Positions 1 to 12,712 of a stretch of 64,000 nt of DNA are shown here, piece after piece. This DNA is from Selaginella moellendorffii. Taxonomy: Eukaryota; Plantae; Lycopodiophyta. The DNA is taken from contig NW_003314272.1 in the NCBI RefSeq assembly GCF_000143415.4, forward strand, positions 468,184-532,183, given 5' to 3'. The notes under the pieces were generated by a model that worked only from the letters and a program-made list of their open reading frames with translations, did not search any database and was not told the origin of the DNA. Positions within the stretch are counted from its first letter, which is position 1. Each line of letters starts with the position of its first letter. Made by a program: the position numbers and the translations under genes.

Positions 1-96
1 CCCAACAAAGTGCTCGAGGAACAAGCATGAAGCAAGCAATAAGCGAGGCTCCAAAAAGGGACCCAAAAGAACCAAAACATGACACATGGAAGTGTC

Positions 97-310
97 TGAG
101 ATGGAGTCCGAGATGGACCCGAGTTGGAGTCTGAGGTGGAGTCCGAGACGGAGTCCGAGATGGAGTTTGAGATGAAGTCTGAGATGGACCGAGACAGAGT
201 CCGAGAGGGATCCGAGATGGAGTCCGAGATGGACCCAAGATGGAGTCCGAGATGGACCCGAGATGGAATCCGAGATGGAGTCCGAGAAGGACCCGAGATG
301 GAGTCCGAGG
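97..310. repeat. Tandem 12-mer minisatellite (GAGATGGAGTCC / GAGATGGACCC variants)
   Basis: Repeated GAGATGGAGTCC units are directly visible and generate the low-complexity ORF 124..438. Confidence 0.85.
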
Positions 311-1320
311 TCGAGTGTCGCGAATGTGACTTCGGGTATCAAAAGTTACCTGTCGGCCAGTCCTTACAGACACTCTTACCTTACTGCCACGACGGCAGGA
401 GGTCGGTATTGTTGGACCCGTTATTAGTCTCCGCCTAAGCTAGTTGAGAAACTGGTCCTCGCGTGTGCACTTGACCAGATGGGCATAAGGACGGAATTCC
501 TAAGTGCTATTAGTCAAGCATACTTGACCTGGTTAGAGAAACTCATTCGTTGACTTGCACTTGCTAGTGTTGGGAACCCCCGCGATATTGAGCTTGGTCC
601 CTCAACATCGCTAGATGATAGCTTACCGTGTCTGCCAAACACCCTCGCTCTCATGCCCTTTGTGTTAGTCTCAATTCGTCCCAGATGCTATTTATGGAAA
701 GTGTCCAGATTTGCTTATTTGGCATATCTACGGAATGTAGAGATCGTCCTGAACACAATGGTGTTCGTCCCGTGTCCAAATTCGCAATCTAAGGACATTC
801 CATATTTAGTAAGTTTTGAGCTTGTCCCAGAGACTAACTCCTGATACTAAGGGAGGCTTGGGGTGAAAGCCCAAAGCGTGTGTTCCTCAAGGGGGGGGGG
901 CTATGGGGGGTTCCAAATGTATAGTAGGGATAGTGGGTAGGTCGGGCATGGCCGACTAACCTGAGGCATAGTCTAGCTCCCGCTTGCGTGCCTGTCCTTG
1001 TTCTGCGTCCGGCTTGGGTCTAAGCCCAAGTTCCATTCCATGCTAGCTGGTGGAGTACCCATATCCTCACGTTAGGCCACTGGTATGCCGAAATAGCGCC
1101 AGACTTCGTTTGGCTCCGTTTTGCGAGCTGGTCCTGGCATTGGGATGCTGGTTGCTCCAGGACTGTTCCAAGTCGCTCTGGGCCCCTGTCCCTTCGCTCC
1201 TTGGGCTGTATGCTCGGGAGTTGCTCCGTGGTTCGGTTCCATCACTCCTTGGCTCCATGCTTGGGAGTTTGGCACCGTTCGTTCGTTCAGTGGCCCAAGG
1301 CCCTGAACCTTGGGTTCCTA

Positions 1321-1374
1321 TGGACACGTGGCATGGACACGTGGCATGTGACATGTGGCATCTGTCACGTGGCA
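1321..1374. promoter_or_regulatory. Tandem G-box/ABRE-like cluster (ACACGTGGC x2, ACATGTGGC, TCACGTGGC)
   Basis: 13-14 bp spaced repeats of the CACGTGGC core. Function is inferred only from match to the plant ABRE consensus. Confidence 0.4.
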
Positions 1375-1458
1375 CAAAGAGGGTTTAGGTTCCGCTTCGT
1401 GGTGTTATCCTATGGTAAATCACCATAGGATAAAGGGTCAAAACCACGTGCGCTACAT

Positions 1459-1725
1459 CGAGACCGAGACCGAGACCGAGACCAAGACCGAGACCGAGAC
1501 CGAGATCAATACCGAGACCGAGACCGAGGCCGAGGCCAAGTCCGAGCCCGAGCTCGAGCCCGAGGCCGAGCCCGAGTCTGAGCCCGAGCCTGAGCCTGAG
1601 TCCGAGTCCGAGTCCGAGTCCGAGTCCGAGTCTGAGTCCGAGCTCGAGCCCAAGCCCGAGCCCGAGCTTGAGCCCGAGTGCGAGTGCGAGTCCGAGTGCG
1701 AGTCCGAGTTCGAGTTCGAGTCTGA
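1459..1725. repeat. Hexamer microsatellite (CCGAGA/CCGAGC/CCGAGT)
   Basis: Directly visible; gives the (ET)n/(EP)n/(ES)n and (LG)n translations. Confidence 0.9.
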
Positions 1726-3034
1726 GAGGGTGAAAACCCAAAGCGTTCATCTCCCAGACCCTGGGGGGTTTGGTGAGCTCCAAAAGTATAGTAAGGGGGA
1801 GGACTGCAGTGGAGCCAGTTTGGCCATGAAAGGCCAATTTGGCCCAGGAAGGCTGTAGCTAGTGTTGGGTGATGAGCTACCCACTGGGAAGTCCAAGACT
1901 AGAGTGAACACAGACCGACAAGCGGGGTAGCTTGGTGAAGTGTTCAAGAGCCGGCTCTAGTTCCCCCGGGAGATCGACTGGCCGATGCTCCCAACCCAAG
2001 TGTGGGTGGCACTACCTACTTGGATACCTAGTGTGGCTCAATGGAACCTCGCTCTAAGCCCATGGCTAGAGCACCCGAAGGCGGAAGGTGGGGAGAGTAC
2101 CCACGAGGCTCGCGTAAGGCCGTGGTGTTCCAAAATGTTGTCCCAAAGTCCTAGACTGTGAAAAAGAGGAGGAGCCGTCCTCTAGTGTAGAGACCGAGGA
2201 TACAGTCATGTGAGGAGGTAGTCCCAGAGGACCAAGGGACTTAGTGGTTGGGCTTGTGGGCCTTGATCTAGTGGCAGTGTTGGTGAACACAGCTATGGAC
2301 AAAAATGGACTTGGTGGGGACTACAAAAGGGATATTGGGGAAGGCTAATCCCCATGTTTGTGGGCATCTTAAGGATGCTAAAGAGTGGATCAGGGATGAT
2401 CACTCATGGATGGATGGCCTAGTCTTTGAGGGATAGGACTGTGATGCAGGTGGTGTTAGGCCACCGGTATGACCAAGGTAAAGGGGCATGGCCTTAACGT
2501 AATAGGCTGATATGCCAATTGTACCTTGGGGTGTCGGTCATGGGATCAGACATGTCAAGCACTTGGAACAAGTGCAAAGGTTGAGTGGCGAGGATGCTAT
2601 TCTTGGGGCTAGCAAGCCCAAGTCCAAAATAGGACTTATGGAGGTTGTGAGTGAGACTCCTCCAAGTGGTCGGAGGTGTGGTTAAGTGACTAAAGTAGAA
2701 TGGAAAAATTAGTCGCTTATAACTTGGTATCGGAGCTGTTCCTTAGTCCGCCTTTTATTGGTGCTCAAGTATATCACCATTGATATTGGCATCGAAAGGT
2801 CCTAGGAGTGGGCCTATCCTTGAGGAGTAGCATATCAAGAGGACATGGCTCTCCACTCAAGTTCATACGTGAACTTGGGCGCGATGTGGTGGATAGAAAA
2901 GGGGCCAGTAAGGGAACGACTTTGGGATCTTGGGAACAATATAATGGTTTCCTCATAGAGTTGAGGATGTGATCCAGATGAGTGTTTGACATAGCCAACT
3001 GGCTAATGTAGTTGTGGTAAACAACTATAGTTGG

Positions 3035-3421
3035 TGTCAGGAATCCCCCAATTCTTGCCACATTTCTGACTCTCGCCAGATTCCTGACCTGCAGACCACA
3101 TTCCTGACTCTCGAGACACTTCCCTATTCCTGACTCTTGAGACACTTCCCGATTCCTGAGTCTCGAGACACTTCTTGATTCCTGAGTCTCGAGCCACATT
3201 CTTGATGATGATGTGGCGCCTCCTCGACCTCAGCTGTATTTAGGCCGTCCTCAATCCAAGAGTGGTGGAGCTTCATCAACCTATAGTATATATAGGTTAG
3301 CCTTGTTCCATTTCTCCACAATCTGAATCAACACCAGTCTAAGGCCTCTTCTTTGATTTCACTAGCTTTTTCTCTTTGTCTTTAGCATTTTCCAGTCTTG
3401 ATCTTGTTGGGGGTCTTGACA
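3035..3421 (+). repeat. 5' LTR of copy 1 (387 bp)
   Basis: TGTCAGG...TTGACA termini; TATATATA at 3287-3294; internal 26-bp tandem repeats. Confidence 0.95.
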
Positions 3422-3520
3422 GTTTGATTCAGATTGTGGTTTTTTGCTTTTCTTTTAGCTCGTTTTGATTATTTGATTTCCTTTGTCTTTTTCCCCCTTT
3501 TCTTTTCTTTCTTCTTGCCA

Positions 3521-6500
3521 ATGGAGTCTCCAAGCCATCCTGATTTCTTTGCCGAAGTCCTTGCAAAAATCCAGTCTGAGAATACCGAGCTGAAGGCGAC
3601 CCTTCTTCGCATGCAACAGGAGCTTGCTTCACTTTCGGCTCAAGGATCCAGCAAAGTTCCTGAACCGAAGGTGAGTTTCCCGGCGAGCTTTCAGGCAAGC
3701 GTTCGGAGCTTCGTGGATTTTTGAACCAAATGGAGCTGATCTTTGCACTTCAACATCGGCGGTACCCCACGCCCGAGTCTCAAATCGGCGCGATTGGGAC
3801 GTTGCTCGAGGGTGCAGCTTTGTCATGGTTTTCTCCTCTTCTGGAGAAGAGCATGAAAGGGGTCGTGGTTCCGGAGCTGACGGATCTTCAATTGTTCAAA
3901 GAGAAGCTCAAAGCATGTTTTGGCGAGATGGATCGGGTTCAGGCTGCTACCACAAAGATGAGACGTCTCTCTCAGGGGTCTCGTCCTGCCTCGATCTACG
4001 CTGCAGAGTTCCAACTCCTTGCCTTGGACACTCAGTGGGATGAGCGGGCCCTGATTGACCAATTTCGTTTCGGCCTCAACAACGGTGTCAAGGATTTGTT
4101 GATCACCATGGAGGATCCCAAGGACCTGTCGGACGCCATCAACAAAGCTGTTCGATGTGACAATCATCTCTTTGAACGTCGTCAGGAAAGTCGCTGCGCC
4201 GCTGTTTTTCCGTCCCAGACTCAGGAATCCCAGCTTGAGTCTTCGGGGCATAGTCCTGAACCTACTGCTCCGGTCCCGATGGATATTTCTGGTACTCCCC
4301 GACTCATTAGAGGGAAGTTGAGTCCTGCTGAGAGGCAACGTCGAATATCTCATAATCTTTGCCTCTACTGTGCTGATCCTAATCACAAAGCAGCTGTGTG
4401 TCCCAGGAAGCCTCCCCGATTGCTCGAGTTCACTCTGCCTCAAAGTCCACTTCTGTTGCAGTTGGGAAACGACCCTGTCCAAACAGAGTAGGAGCTGTCT
4501 GTTTGGACTCCCCAAATAAAAATCACTTTTCTTCCTTATCAAGCTCCTCACCACCTTTCATCAAAGCCACCACCAATTCCCACAACTTCCGCGTCCCATG
4601 TCTCCTTTCTTTCACCGGACAATCAGGACTCAAGGCTTTGGCGCTACTGGACTCGGGTGCAACTTCCTGCTTCATGGACACGGACTTTGCTGCCTGATAT
4701 CACGTTCCTCTTTCTCCTACCATATGGGATCTGAGGGTTGAAGGCATTGGCGGGCATTTTGTGTCTCCATCTTCTGGACTTAGGGAAACATTGCCCGTTC
4801 GAGTACACATCGGGTCCACCGTCACCGATATCGCCTTCAACATCATCAACAGCAAGTCCTCCTCTGTGGTGCTCGGTCTTCCTTGGTTCCAACTACATCA
4901 ACCTCAGATTTGTTGGAAATACAGCTCATCTCTCCCATATCACCATCTCCCACGGCTTCCCCTGGTGTTCATCGAGTCCGAATCAGGAAAAGTTCCCTAA
5001 ACTCAAGTCGGGGTGTTCTGTTCCTGACTCTACGAAGTTTTCATCCTCTTCTTTTTCCTCTCTTCCATCTTACACTGGACAGTATCCTCGTCTCATCATT
5101 CCATTTAGTCGTACCCCTTCTCCTATCTCCACAATCACTATGAAAGAACTCCTTCATGAAGAACCTCTTTTTCTTTTTGCTTTGCATGTTTCTCCTGTCA
5201 GTCTTCCTGAGAAGTATCATGATTTTGGGGATGTGTTTGACAAGAAAAAAGCTAGTGTACTGCCTATTCATCGGCCTTATGATTGTCCCATTGATTTACA
5301 GGAAGGAGCGTCACCTCCGTGGGGGCCTATCTACGGGTTATCCCCGTCCGAGCTTAAGGCCCTCAAAGAGTACGTGGATGAGAACCTTGCCTCGGGCTAC
5401 ATTCAGCATTCGCAGTCCCCGGCTGGAGCGCCTGTCTTCTTTGTCAAGAAGAAGGATGGGAGCTTGCGACTAGTCATCGACTACCGAGGTTTGAACAAGG
5501 TGACTGTTCGGAACCGTTATCCGCTGCCCCTGATCTCGGACCTGTTGGAACGTCTCGGCGGTGCCCGCTTCTTCACCAAGATCGACCTCCGTGGAGCATA
5601 CAACCTGATCCGGATCCGGCCTGGTGATGAATGGAAGACTGCGTTCCGAACCCGCTATGGCCACTTCGAGTACACTGTCATGCCATTTGGCTTGACAAAT
5701 GCTCCAGCAGTTTTCCAACACATGGCGAACGACGTTTTTCGGGAGTTTCTTGATCAAATGGTGATCGTCTACCTCGATGACATCCTCATCTACTCAAAAA
5801 CTCAGGAGGAGCATGACGAACATGTTCGCAAGGTGCTAGCGAAGCTGCGAGAACACGGCCTATACGCGAAGCTTGAGAAATGTTCCTTTGATCAGCAGTC
5901 TGTGGAGTTCCTTGGGTACATTGTCACTCCTGAGGGTATCACGATGGATCCTGCTAAAGTCAAGACTATTCTCGAATGGGAGCCTCCACAATCAATGTCG
6001 GACGTTCAGGTTTTCCTTGGCTTCGCCAACTTCTACAGCAAATTCATTGATCACTACTCTGACATTGTCCTTCCTCTCACACGTCTCACTCGCAAGGATG
6101 TTCCCTTCTCTTAGTCTGCTACTGCCCAGCAGGCCTTCGACACACTCAAGGCAGCCTTCAGTTCTGCTCCTGTCTTGATCCATGCTGATTCCTCACAACC
6201 TTTCTTCATCGAGGCTGACGCCTCCAACTTTGCCATTGGTGTTGTGCTGTCTCAACTCGGAGCGGATCACGAACTTCATCCGGTCGCTTTCCATTCTCGG
6301 AAATTCCAGCCTGCGGAGATCAATTACGAAATCCACGACAAGGAGCTCCTTGCCATCGTGGATTCCTTTGGAGAGTGGCGCCGTTTCTTGGAGGGGGCGA
6401 GCCATCAAACAACAGTCTGGACGAATCACAAAAATCTCGAGTACTTTGCCACTTCCCGAGTTTTAAGCCGTCGTTAAGCAAGGTGGGCACAATTCCTGAG

Positions 6501-8235
6501 TCGGTTTGACTTTGTTATCAAGTACAGACTTGGAAAGTTTCAAGGCCTTCCTGATGCTCTTTCAAGGCGCTCCTATCTCAGTCTCAGGCCTGGTAATCCT
6601 GCCTTCGATCAACAGGATCAAGTTATCCTCGGTCCTGATCGGCTTCAAGTTATGGCAATTTCCCTGGCCCCTCAGGACTCCTCCTTGATGGATGCAATCA
6701 GAAACGATCTTCAATCCGATGATCTCGCTAGCGACATTTTCCCCCATCTTCAGGCTGGACACCCAGTGACTCCTGACTGCCGGCGATTTGACGAGTTCGA
6801 GTTCTTAGATGGCTTATTGTACCGTGGGGAGCAGCTTTACGTTCCTGAAGGTGATGCTCGAAGGTTGGTCTTGATGGCGTGCCACGATAGCCCGACTGCT
6901 GGTCACTTCGGCATTGCGAAAACCTATGAGCTAGTTGCACGGGACTTTTGGTGGCCTCACATGGACGACTACATCAAAGCTTTTGTTACCTCCTGTGACA
7001 CTTGTGCCCGGAATAAGGTACCTCGCCACCTTCCTTCAGGTTTGCTTCGTTCCCTTCCGGTCCCTTCAGGTCCTTGGGAATCCATCTCCATGGATTTCTT
7101 GAGTGATCTTCCGAGTTCTGGAGGCTTCAACAGCATTTTAGTTGTGGTGGATCGCTTCACAAAGATGGCACACTTCTTGCCATGTACCAAGGAGTTTTCG
7201 GGCGAGGACATGGCAAAACTGGTATTCAGGGAAATTTTCCGACTTCATGGGATTCCTACAGATGTGGTTTCGGATCGGGGGCCTCAGTTCATCTCTCATT
7301 TCTGGCAACGGTTTTTGCAGCTGCTTGGAGTGAAGGCCAACCTCTCTTCGGCATATCATCCTCAAACTGATGGGCAGTCCGAGCGAACGATTCAGACGTT
7401 GGAACAATTCTTGAGGTGCTTCATCAACTATCATCAGGATAACTGGTTCGATATCCTTCCCCTTGCTGAGTTTTCCTATAACAACTCTGTTCACTCCTCT
7501 CTTCGAGTTTCCCCTTTCTTTGCGAACTCTGGCCGAAATCCCCGATTCAATCTCTCACTTCCTTCCCCATCTGAATTCTCTCGTTCAAATCCCCGCTCTG
7601 AGGCATTTATCTCCAACCTCCAGGAAATCCACAACTCCATCTCCTTCCACCTCCATCGTGCTCAGGAATCTCATAAAACATTTGCCAATGTCCATCATCA
7701 GGATTGTCCCCCTTACAATATCGGGGATAAAGTCTGGCTCCTCAGGCGAAATATCTCCACCACCAGGCCCTGTCCAAAACTCGATTTCAAACGCCTTGGT
7801 CCTTTCCCTATCACTGCCATCATTAATCCTGTCACTTATCGCCTTGCACTTCCCTCCTCATATCAAATTCACCCCGTTTTTCACTCCTCTCTCCTTGAGC
7901 CTTATATTCCCAGTCCTATTCCAAATCGGGTCATTCCTCCGCCTCCACCAGTGCAGCTCGAGGATGGGTCTGAGTACGAGGTTCAGGACATCCTTGATTC
8001 CAAGATTTCACGGTCTAAACTCTATTATCTGGTGGACTGGAAGGGTTACGGACCTGAGGAACGCACTTGGGAACCTGCGGACAACCTGATTCATTCTCCT
8101 GACCTTGTTCAGGACTTCCACCGTCGCTATCCTTCTCGTCCCAGTCCTCATTTTTTTTCTCCATCTCCCATCCCTCGCCGCTCATCTCATCCTCCTCTTC
8201 GTTCTCATTCACATCCTCGTTCCACTCGTTCTTGA
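3521..8235 (+). pseudogene. gag-pol polyprotein of copy 1, disrupted
   Basis: Gag zinc knuckle CLYCADPNHKAAVC; protease LLDSGATSCF; RT YLDDILIYS; RNase H EADAS; integrase HHCC plus core; chromodomain YEVQDILDS...YLVDWKGY...TWEP. Frameshifts near 3685 and 4920; stops at 4695, 6112 and 6475 relative to copy 2. Confidence 0.93.
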
Positions 8236-8246
8236 GGAGGGGGTGC

Positions 8247-8607
8247 TATCAGGAATCCCCCAATTCTTGCCACATTCCTGACTCTCGCCGGATTCCTGAC
8301 CTGCAGACCACATTCCTGACTCTCGAGACACTTCCCTATTCCTGACTCTCGAGACACTTCCCGATTCCTGAGTCTCGAGCCACATTCCTGATGATGATGT
8401 GGTGCCTCCTCGACCTCAGCTGTATTTAGGCCGTCCTCGATCCAAGAGTGGTGGAGCTTCATCAACCTATAGTATATATAGGTTAGCCTTGTTCCATTTC
8501 TCCACAATCTGAATCAACACCAGTCTAAGGCCTCTTCTTTGTTTTCACTAGCTTTTTCTCTTTGTCTTTAGCATTTTCCAGTCTTGATCTTGTTGGGGGT
8601 CTTGACA
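8247..8607 (+). repeat. 3' LTR of copy 1 (361 bp)
   Basis: Near-identical to the 5' LTR but one 26-bp unit shorter; begins TA instead of TG. Confidence 0.95.
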
Positions 8608-11600
8608 GTTGGGATCAAGTGAAAGATAGAGACTCTAAAGCAATAAAGGAGTCACAAGATTATCCTCATATAGTTGAGGTTGGTGCTCATGAATGTGAGA
8701 CCAGAAGTAATGACTGCGGGAGGTCAAATATGGAAAAGGATACGAGTCTTTGAAATGGTAACCGAAGCTACCTCTAATAAATGCTGGAACAACCCAAGGA
8801 GTTTGGGGTGTACTCAAAGGATGAGTTGGTATTCTCATCACATGGACAAGTGGTCCTAAGGGGCAAAAGGTTGCCCCAAGAGAACAAATCAAGTGTCAGA
8901 ATAACACTTGCAAAGATGGTCCTTATGAGTAGGATTTGAATACAAGAAGTTGTATTCTAGTGAGTTGGCACCTTAAAGGTAGAACCTCATGGGTCGTCAG
9001 ATGACAAAGTCCAAAAAGCTGGATGACTCAAATAGAGTCAAAGAATAATCCTAAAGGATTGATGGAAACATTTGGACTAAGCTGTATTGTACCCCACGGG
9101 GGGATCATAAGATCCAAGGATGAGAATAGAGGGTATCTCATTGATGGCAGAATGGGCCATGCTAAAGTCGTGGGAAAGGTGTTCCCCAAAAAAAAAAATA
9201 ATTTTGGCATAGAGTTGTATGTGAACACTATGGTGCAGTGCTAACTGATAGTTGGCATGAAAAACAATTGCTTTGGTCTTGGCAAAGACCTAGACACAAG
9301 TAAGAAGTGTCATACAGGTAGGCTCGTGGAGCCATTGGTGTGGAGACACCAAATGTGCCAAAGTGAGATACTTTAAGGTTATGTTGATGGGTTCATGGGA
9401 ACCCCTTGCTAAGGGAATGGCATAGCTTAAGCTAGAAGGCATGTGGTTGGCGTGTGGTGACCCAGATAATGATGAAGGTATGAAAGCACCAAGCAATGAG
9501 TTGTAGGACTTGATAACTATGGGGCAATTAAGCAAGAGGTGCAAGATAATTGGTTAAACGGGTAGAAGGTAGCTACCTAAGACTTCTTAATGGCATAAGG
9601 AAGTTAGATATACCCTTACAGGGTATAAATTGCTTATGTTGCGATATAGTGAGTCAATGTTGAAAAAAGAAATGCTCATTGTCAAGGAGACCATCATTAA
9701 GACACCCAAACACTCTAGAACACTAGGAGGTGGTGTTTAGTGTCGCGAGGGCAATAGATAAGGCCTAAGGGACTAAGTCACTAGCGAATGATGACTAGAA
9801 GATGCTATCCAAACGTCCAAGGTTGTGGAGACGGGAGGAATCCGTCTATCCGATTTGGACAAAGCCAAAAATGGGATTTTGGCAAGGCTAGTGATGGGCA
9901 TATGGAGGCCCATAAGTAGCAACGGTAATCCCGGTGTGTGGAATTATAAGGTGAACATGCCCAGATTGATGAACCACTCCTTAAGCTATTGGGTAGGTTC
10001 ATCCCTATGAATACTTGCTAAAGCATAGTAAAATGTGCAAAGCTATCCTCCTAGTTTGGAGGAGAATAACTAAAAGAAATGTGTGAGAGCAAAAGGCAAG
10101 TAGTAAAGGGATAGAACCAAACCATAGGAAGCGAAGGGTATAACCTAGGATGGTTATGCAAGGTGGGAGTGAAGAATCAAATAGGTGCTTGAGTGTGTTG
10201 TTGGTAGCAACTGTGATGCCATAGAGAGTCTAAAGTATGGAATTGTTCATGCTAGACCATATGGCAATTGGAAAACTTGCGAAAGGAGAGGCCTTAGCAA
10301 GCTAAGGGACAAAGTTCCTTCAAGGTTCCCAAAGACAATTCTAGGTAGTGTAGTACTTAGAAAGCCAAGTGTAAATAGTTCATAAAACGCGCAAAATTAG
10401 AATGGCGCAGCAAAAACATGGTCTTGAAGGTTGCCATAAGGCAATGCTATCAAGGTTGGGGAAGTAGTTCCCGAGTGTTCAAAGGGATGACTTTGAACGA
10501 AAGTGGATGGTCAAGGACTTTCACGCTTATGCATGAAACCATGTTACATTGGTCGGATGACTTGCTAAGCGAGAGTGGCAAGTCAGGGGAATGAATCCCC
10601 TAATTGAAGGTGCTAACTTCAAAAAGGGTGGCCTATGGGGCCAAGCATGGAAGAGTCCATACATGATCATAAACTTATCAAATGAGAGGACTTGGCAATT
10701 TGGAGGGACTAGGTTCCTAAGTTATGATCCGTAATGCACTTTAGAAATAAATTGGTGCACTGGCATGGGGAGTTACGCCAGACATCTAGGGTGATGCCAT
10801 CCGTAGATGCATATATGGAGGTTGGGTTTGAGTCCCAACCCTCTAGTGTTTGGGTTCAAGTCCCAAATCACTAGGGTGTGATGATGGTTTGGAATATGAG
10901 GACACTCATTTTTTGGTGGTCATGGACTCTTAGTGAGGAGACTGGTTTGGGCACACTGCCAAGCGAGGGATGCCTGGGAGTCGTGATGCACGGTTAGATT
11001 GCTTAGTGTGGCTCGGCATATCTAACTTGAACACTTGGTACAAGTGGCACCAAGGACATGGTGAATGAGATGGGGACACCCAGTCTCAGTTGCTATGGAC
11101 CTTTAGCCGGAAGGGCTAACTTGGGTGCACCGCCAAGTGTGGGGGATGCCCCCGGGGTCATGGTGAACAACTTAAAGGTCTAGAAGATTTAGTACCTATT
11201 GGCAAACCTGTTAAGGTGCCAAGGTGTGATCACCAGATGATCTTATAGCTAAAAACAAGGACAAAGTCCTTGTGAGGTTAAGGGATAAAATCCCTAGTTC
11301 AAAGTGTAGGTTTGAACTATTGATGATGGTGTGGCTTAGTCAAGGTGACCAAAATAGGAAAAACACCTAAGGGAAATGATTTGTGACTATGTGATGGCAT
11401 AGTGAGTCTGAATAAAGTAGTCTCTATAAAAGACCCATGGGAGGGTCACAAAGTTGGGCCAATAGAAAATCCACAATAGAAAATCCTAAAGAGACGTACT
11501 AGGGGTGAACACTTTCTGGACTTGGCAAGGCAAAGTCCTTGCTATAAGACTGAAAAGATACCTTGAGAATGGAGGTAGTGATCTGATGTTGCTAGGTGTA

Positions 11601-12019
11601 GCAATCAAGGATAGGAGCAAAAGACTAATGGCTAAGAAAAGAGCCATGGGAATCATGGGAAAGAATCCAAAACACAAAGTTAGGCTAAGAACACTAATGT
11701 GTTGGGTGCTAATAAATTGTGGGAAAGGTAATGTGTTTCCATTTAAGTTCTTTCTCCAAGATTCCTGCCTATTGTACCAACTCCTACTTGGTCCTACTTA
11801 GTTTCAGCAACTAATTACATGAGTAACAAAGTGTTAACCATCCATCCATAGATTCCCAAATTCTTTCCCAATCCCTCTCTCTAGGTAGACTGGACTTAAG
11901 GTTCAACTACACTCCCTGCAAACACAAGCAACCAAGCACACTAAACCTTCAGATTCCTAACATCCCTTGGTATAACAAGGTTTGATCATAGGACCCTTTA
12001 AATCCTAAGTCTTGGGTGC

Positions 12020-12712
12020 AACAGTTGCTTTGGGACACCTAGGGGAAACACCATAGCCTAACAACCTAGTATAGGTACCCCTACTCCCCCACATCCATCC
12101 TAAAGGGAAGGCCCAAGCCCTTAGGAAGGGTGAGGATCAATGAGCCGCAAGGTACTCAAGTGGGGTACCACTTTACATAAGCCAGGAGCATTGCAATTGG
12201 TTTCCCTTCTGGGAGTGGGAGTTGCTCTTGAGCACTTCCTTGGGTGGCCCCTCTAGCACCACCTGAGTCCATGCTCACTCCCATCCAAGGCCCCTTGGCC
12301 CCAGTCTCAACCTCAAGTCAATTTGGAAGCACCACTAGAGAATTCCTTCAAGACTGGTTTCTGTACCTCACTATCTCTACTATACTTTTGGAACCCCCTA
12401 CAGCCCCCCCTTACCCCCCCTAGGAGGGCTTTCACCCCACGACTTGTATTAGTATTTGGACTCGGTCTCGGACTCGATCTCGGACTCGACCTCAGACTTG
12501 GTTTGGAGTCAATCTTGGACTCGATCTTGGACCCAACCTCGAACTCGGTCTCAAACTCAATCTCAGACCCGATCTCAGATCTTGGACTCAATCTCGATCT
12601 CAGTCTTGGACTCAGTCTCAAACAAGTTGGTCTCGAACTTGATCTCAGATTCAGTCTCGAACTTGGTCTCAGAGTCGGTCTTGGACTCAATCTCGGACTC
12701 AATCTCATCCGA
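12020..12712 (-). repeat. Inverted, diverged relative of the 1460-2150 segment (microsatellite + GGGTGAAAGCCC + G-run + CCAAAAGTATAGT module)
   Basis: Reverse complement gives hexamer/12-mer repeats, then GGGGTGAAAGCCC...GGGGGTTCCAAAAGTATAGTAG, then blocks alignable by eye to 1990-2150 (e.g. TGGTGTT...TGTCCCAAAG). Confidence 0.65.

Larger units (their letters stand above)
3035..8607 (+). mobile_element. Ty3/Gypsy chromovirus LTR retrotransposon, copy 1 (Tcn1/Tf1-like)
   Basis: LTRs 3035-3421 and 8247-8607; 5-bp TSD GTTGG at 3030-3034 and 8608-8612; PPT GAGGAGGGGG at 8234-8243; domain order gag-PR-RT-RH-INT-chromodomain. Confidence 0.97.
860..11800 (+). mobile_element. Old, heavily decayed retroelement-like region (host of Gypsy copy 1)
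   Basis: Met-tRNA PBS-like TGGTATCGGAGC at 2725-2736 (11/12 match to TGGTATCAGAGC). Integrase-like scraps at ~10200-10680 (HARPYGNWKTCER; GQAWKSPYMI, resembling the W-x-GPY motif). No long ORFs. Boundaries approximate. Confidence 0.35.

Noticed and set aside
124-1858. E/S/P-rich and LG-rich ORFs (124..438, 1355..1858, 1385..1837)
   Set aside because: Translations of 6- and 12-mer microsatellites that lack stops; no domain signal.
9825-10010. GGIRLSDLDKAKNGILARL resembling a LINE ORF2 motif
   Set aside because: Too short, with no neighbouring RT or endonuclease motifs recognisable.
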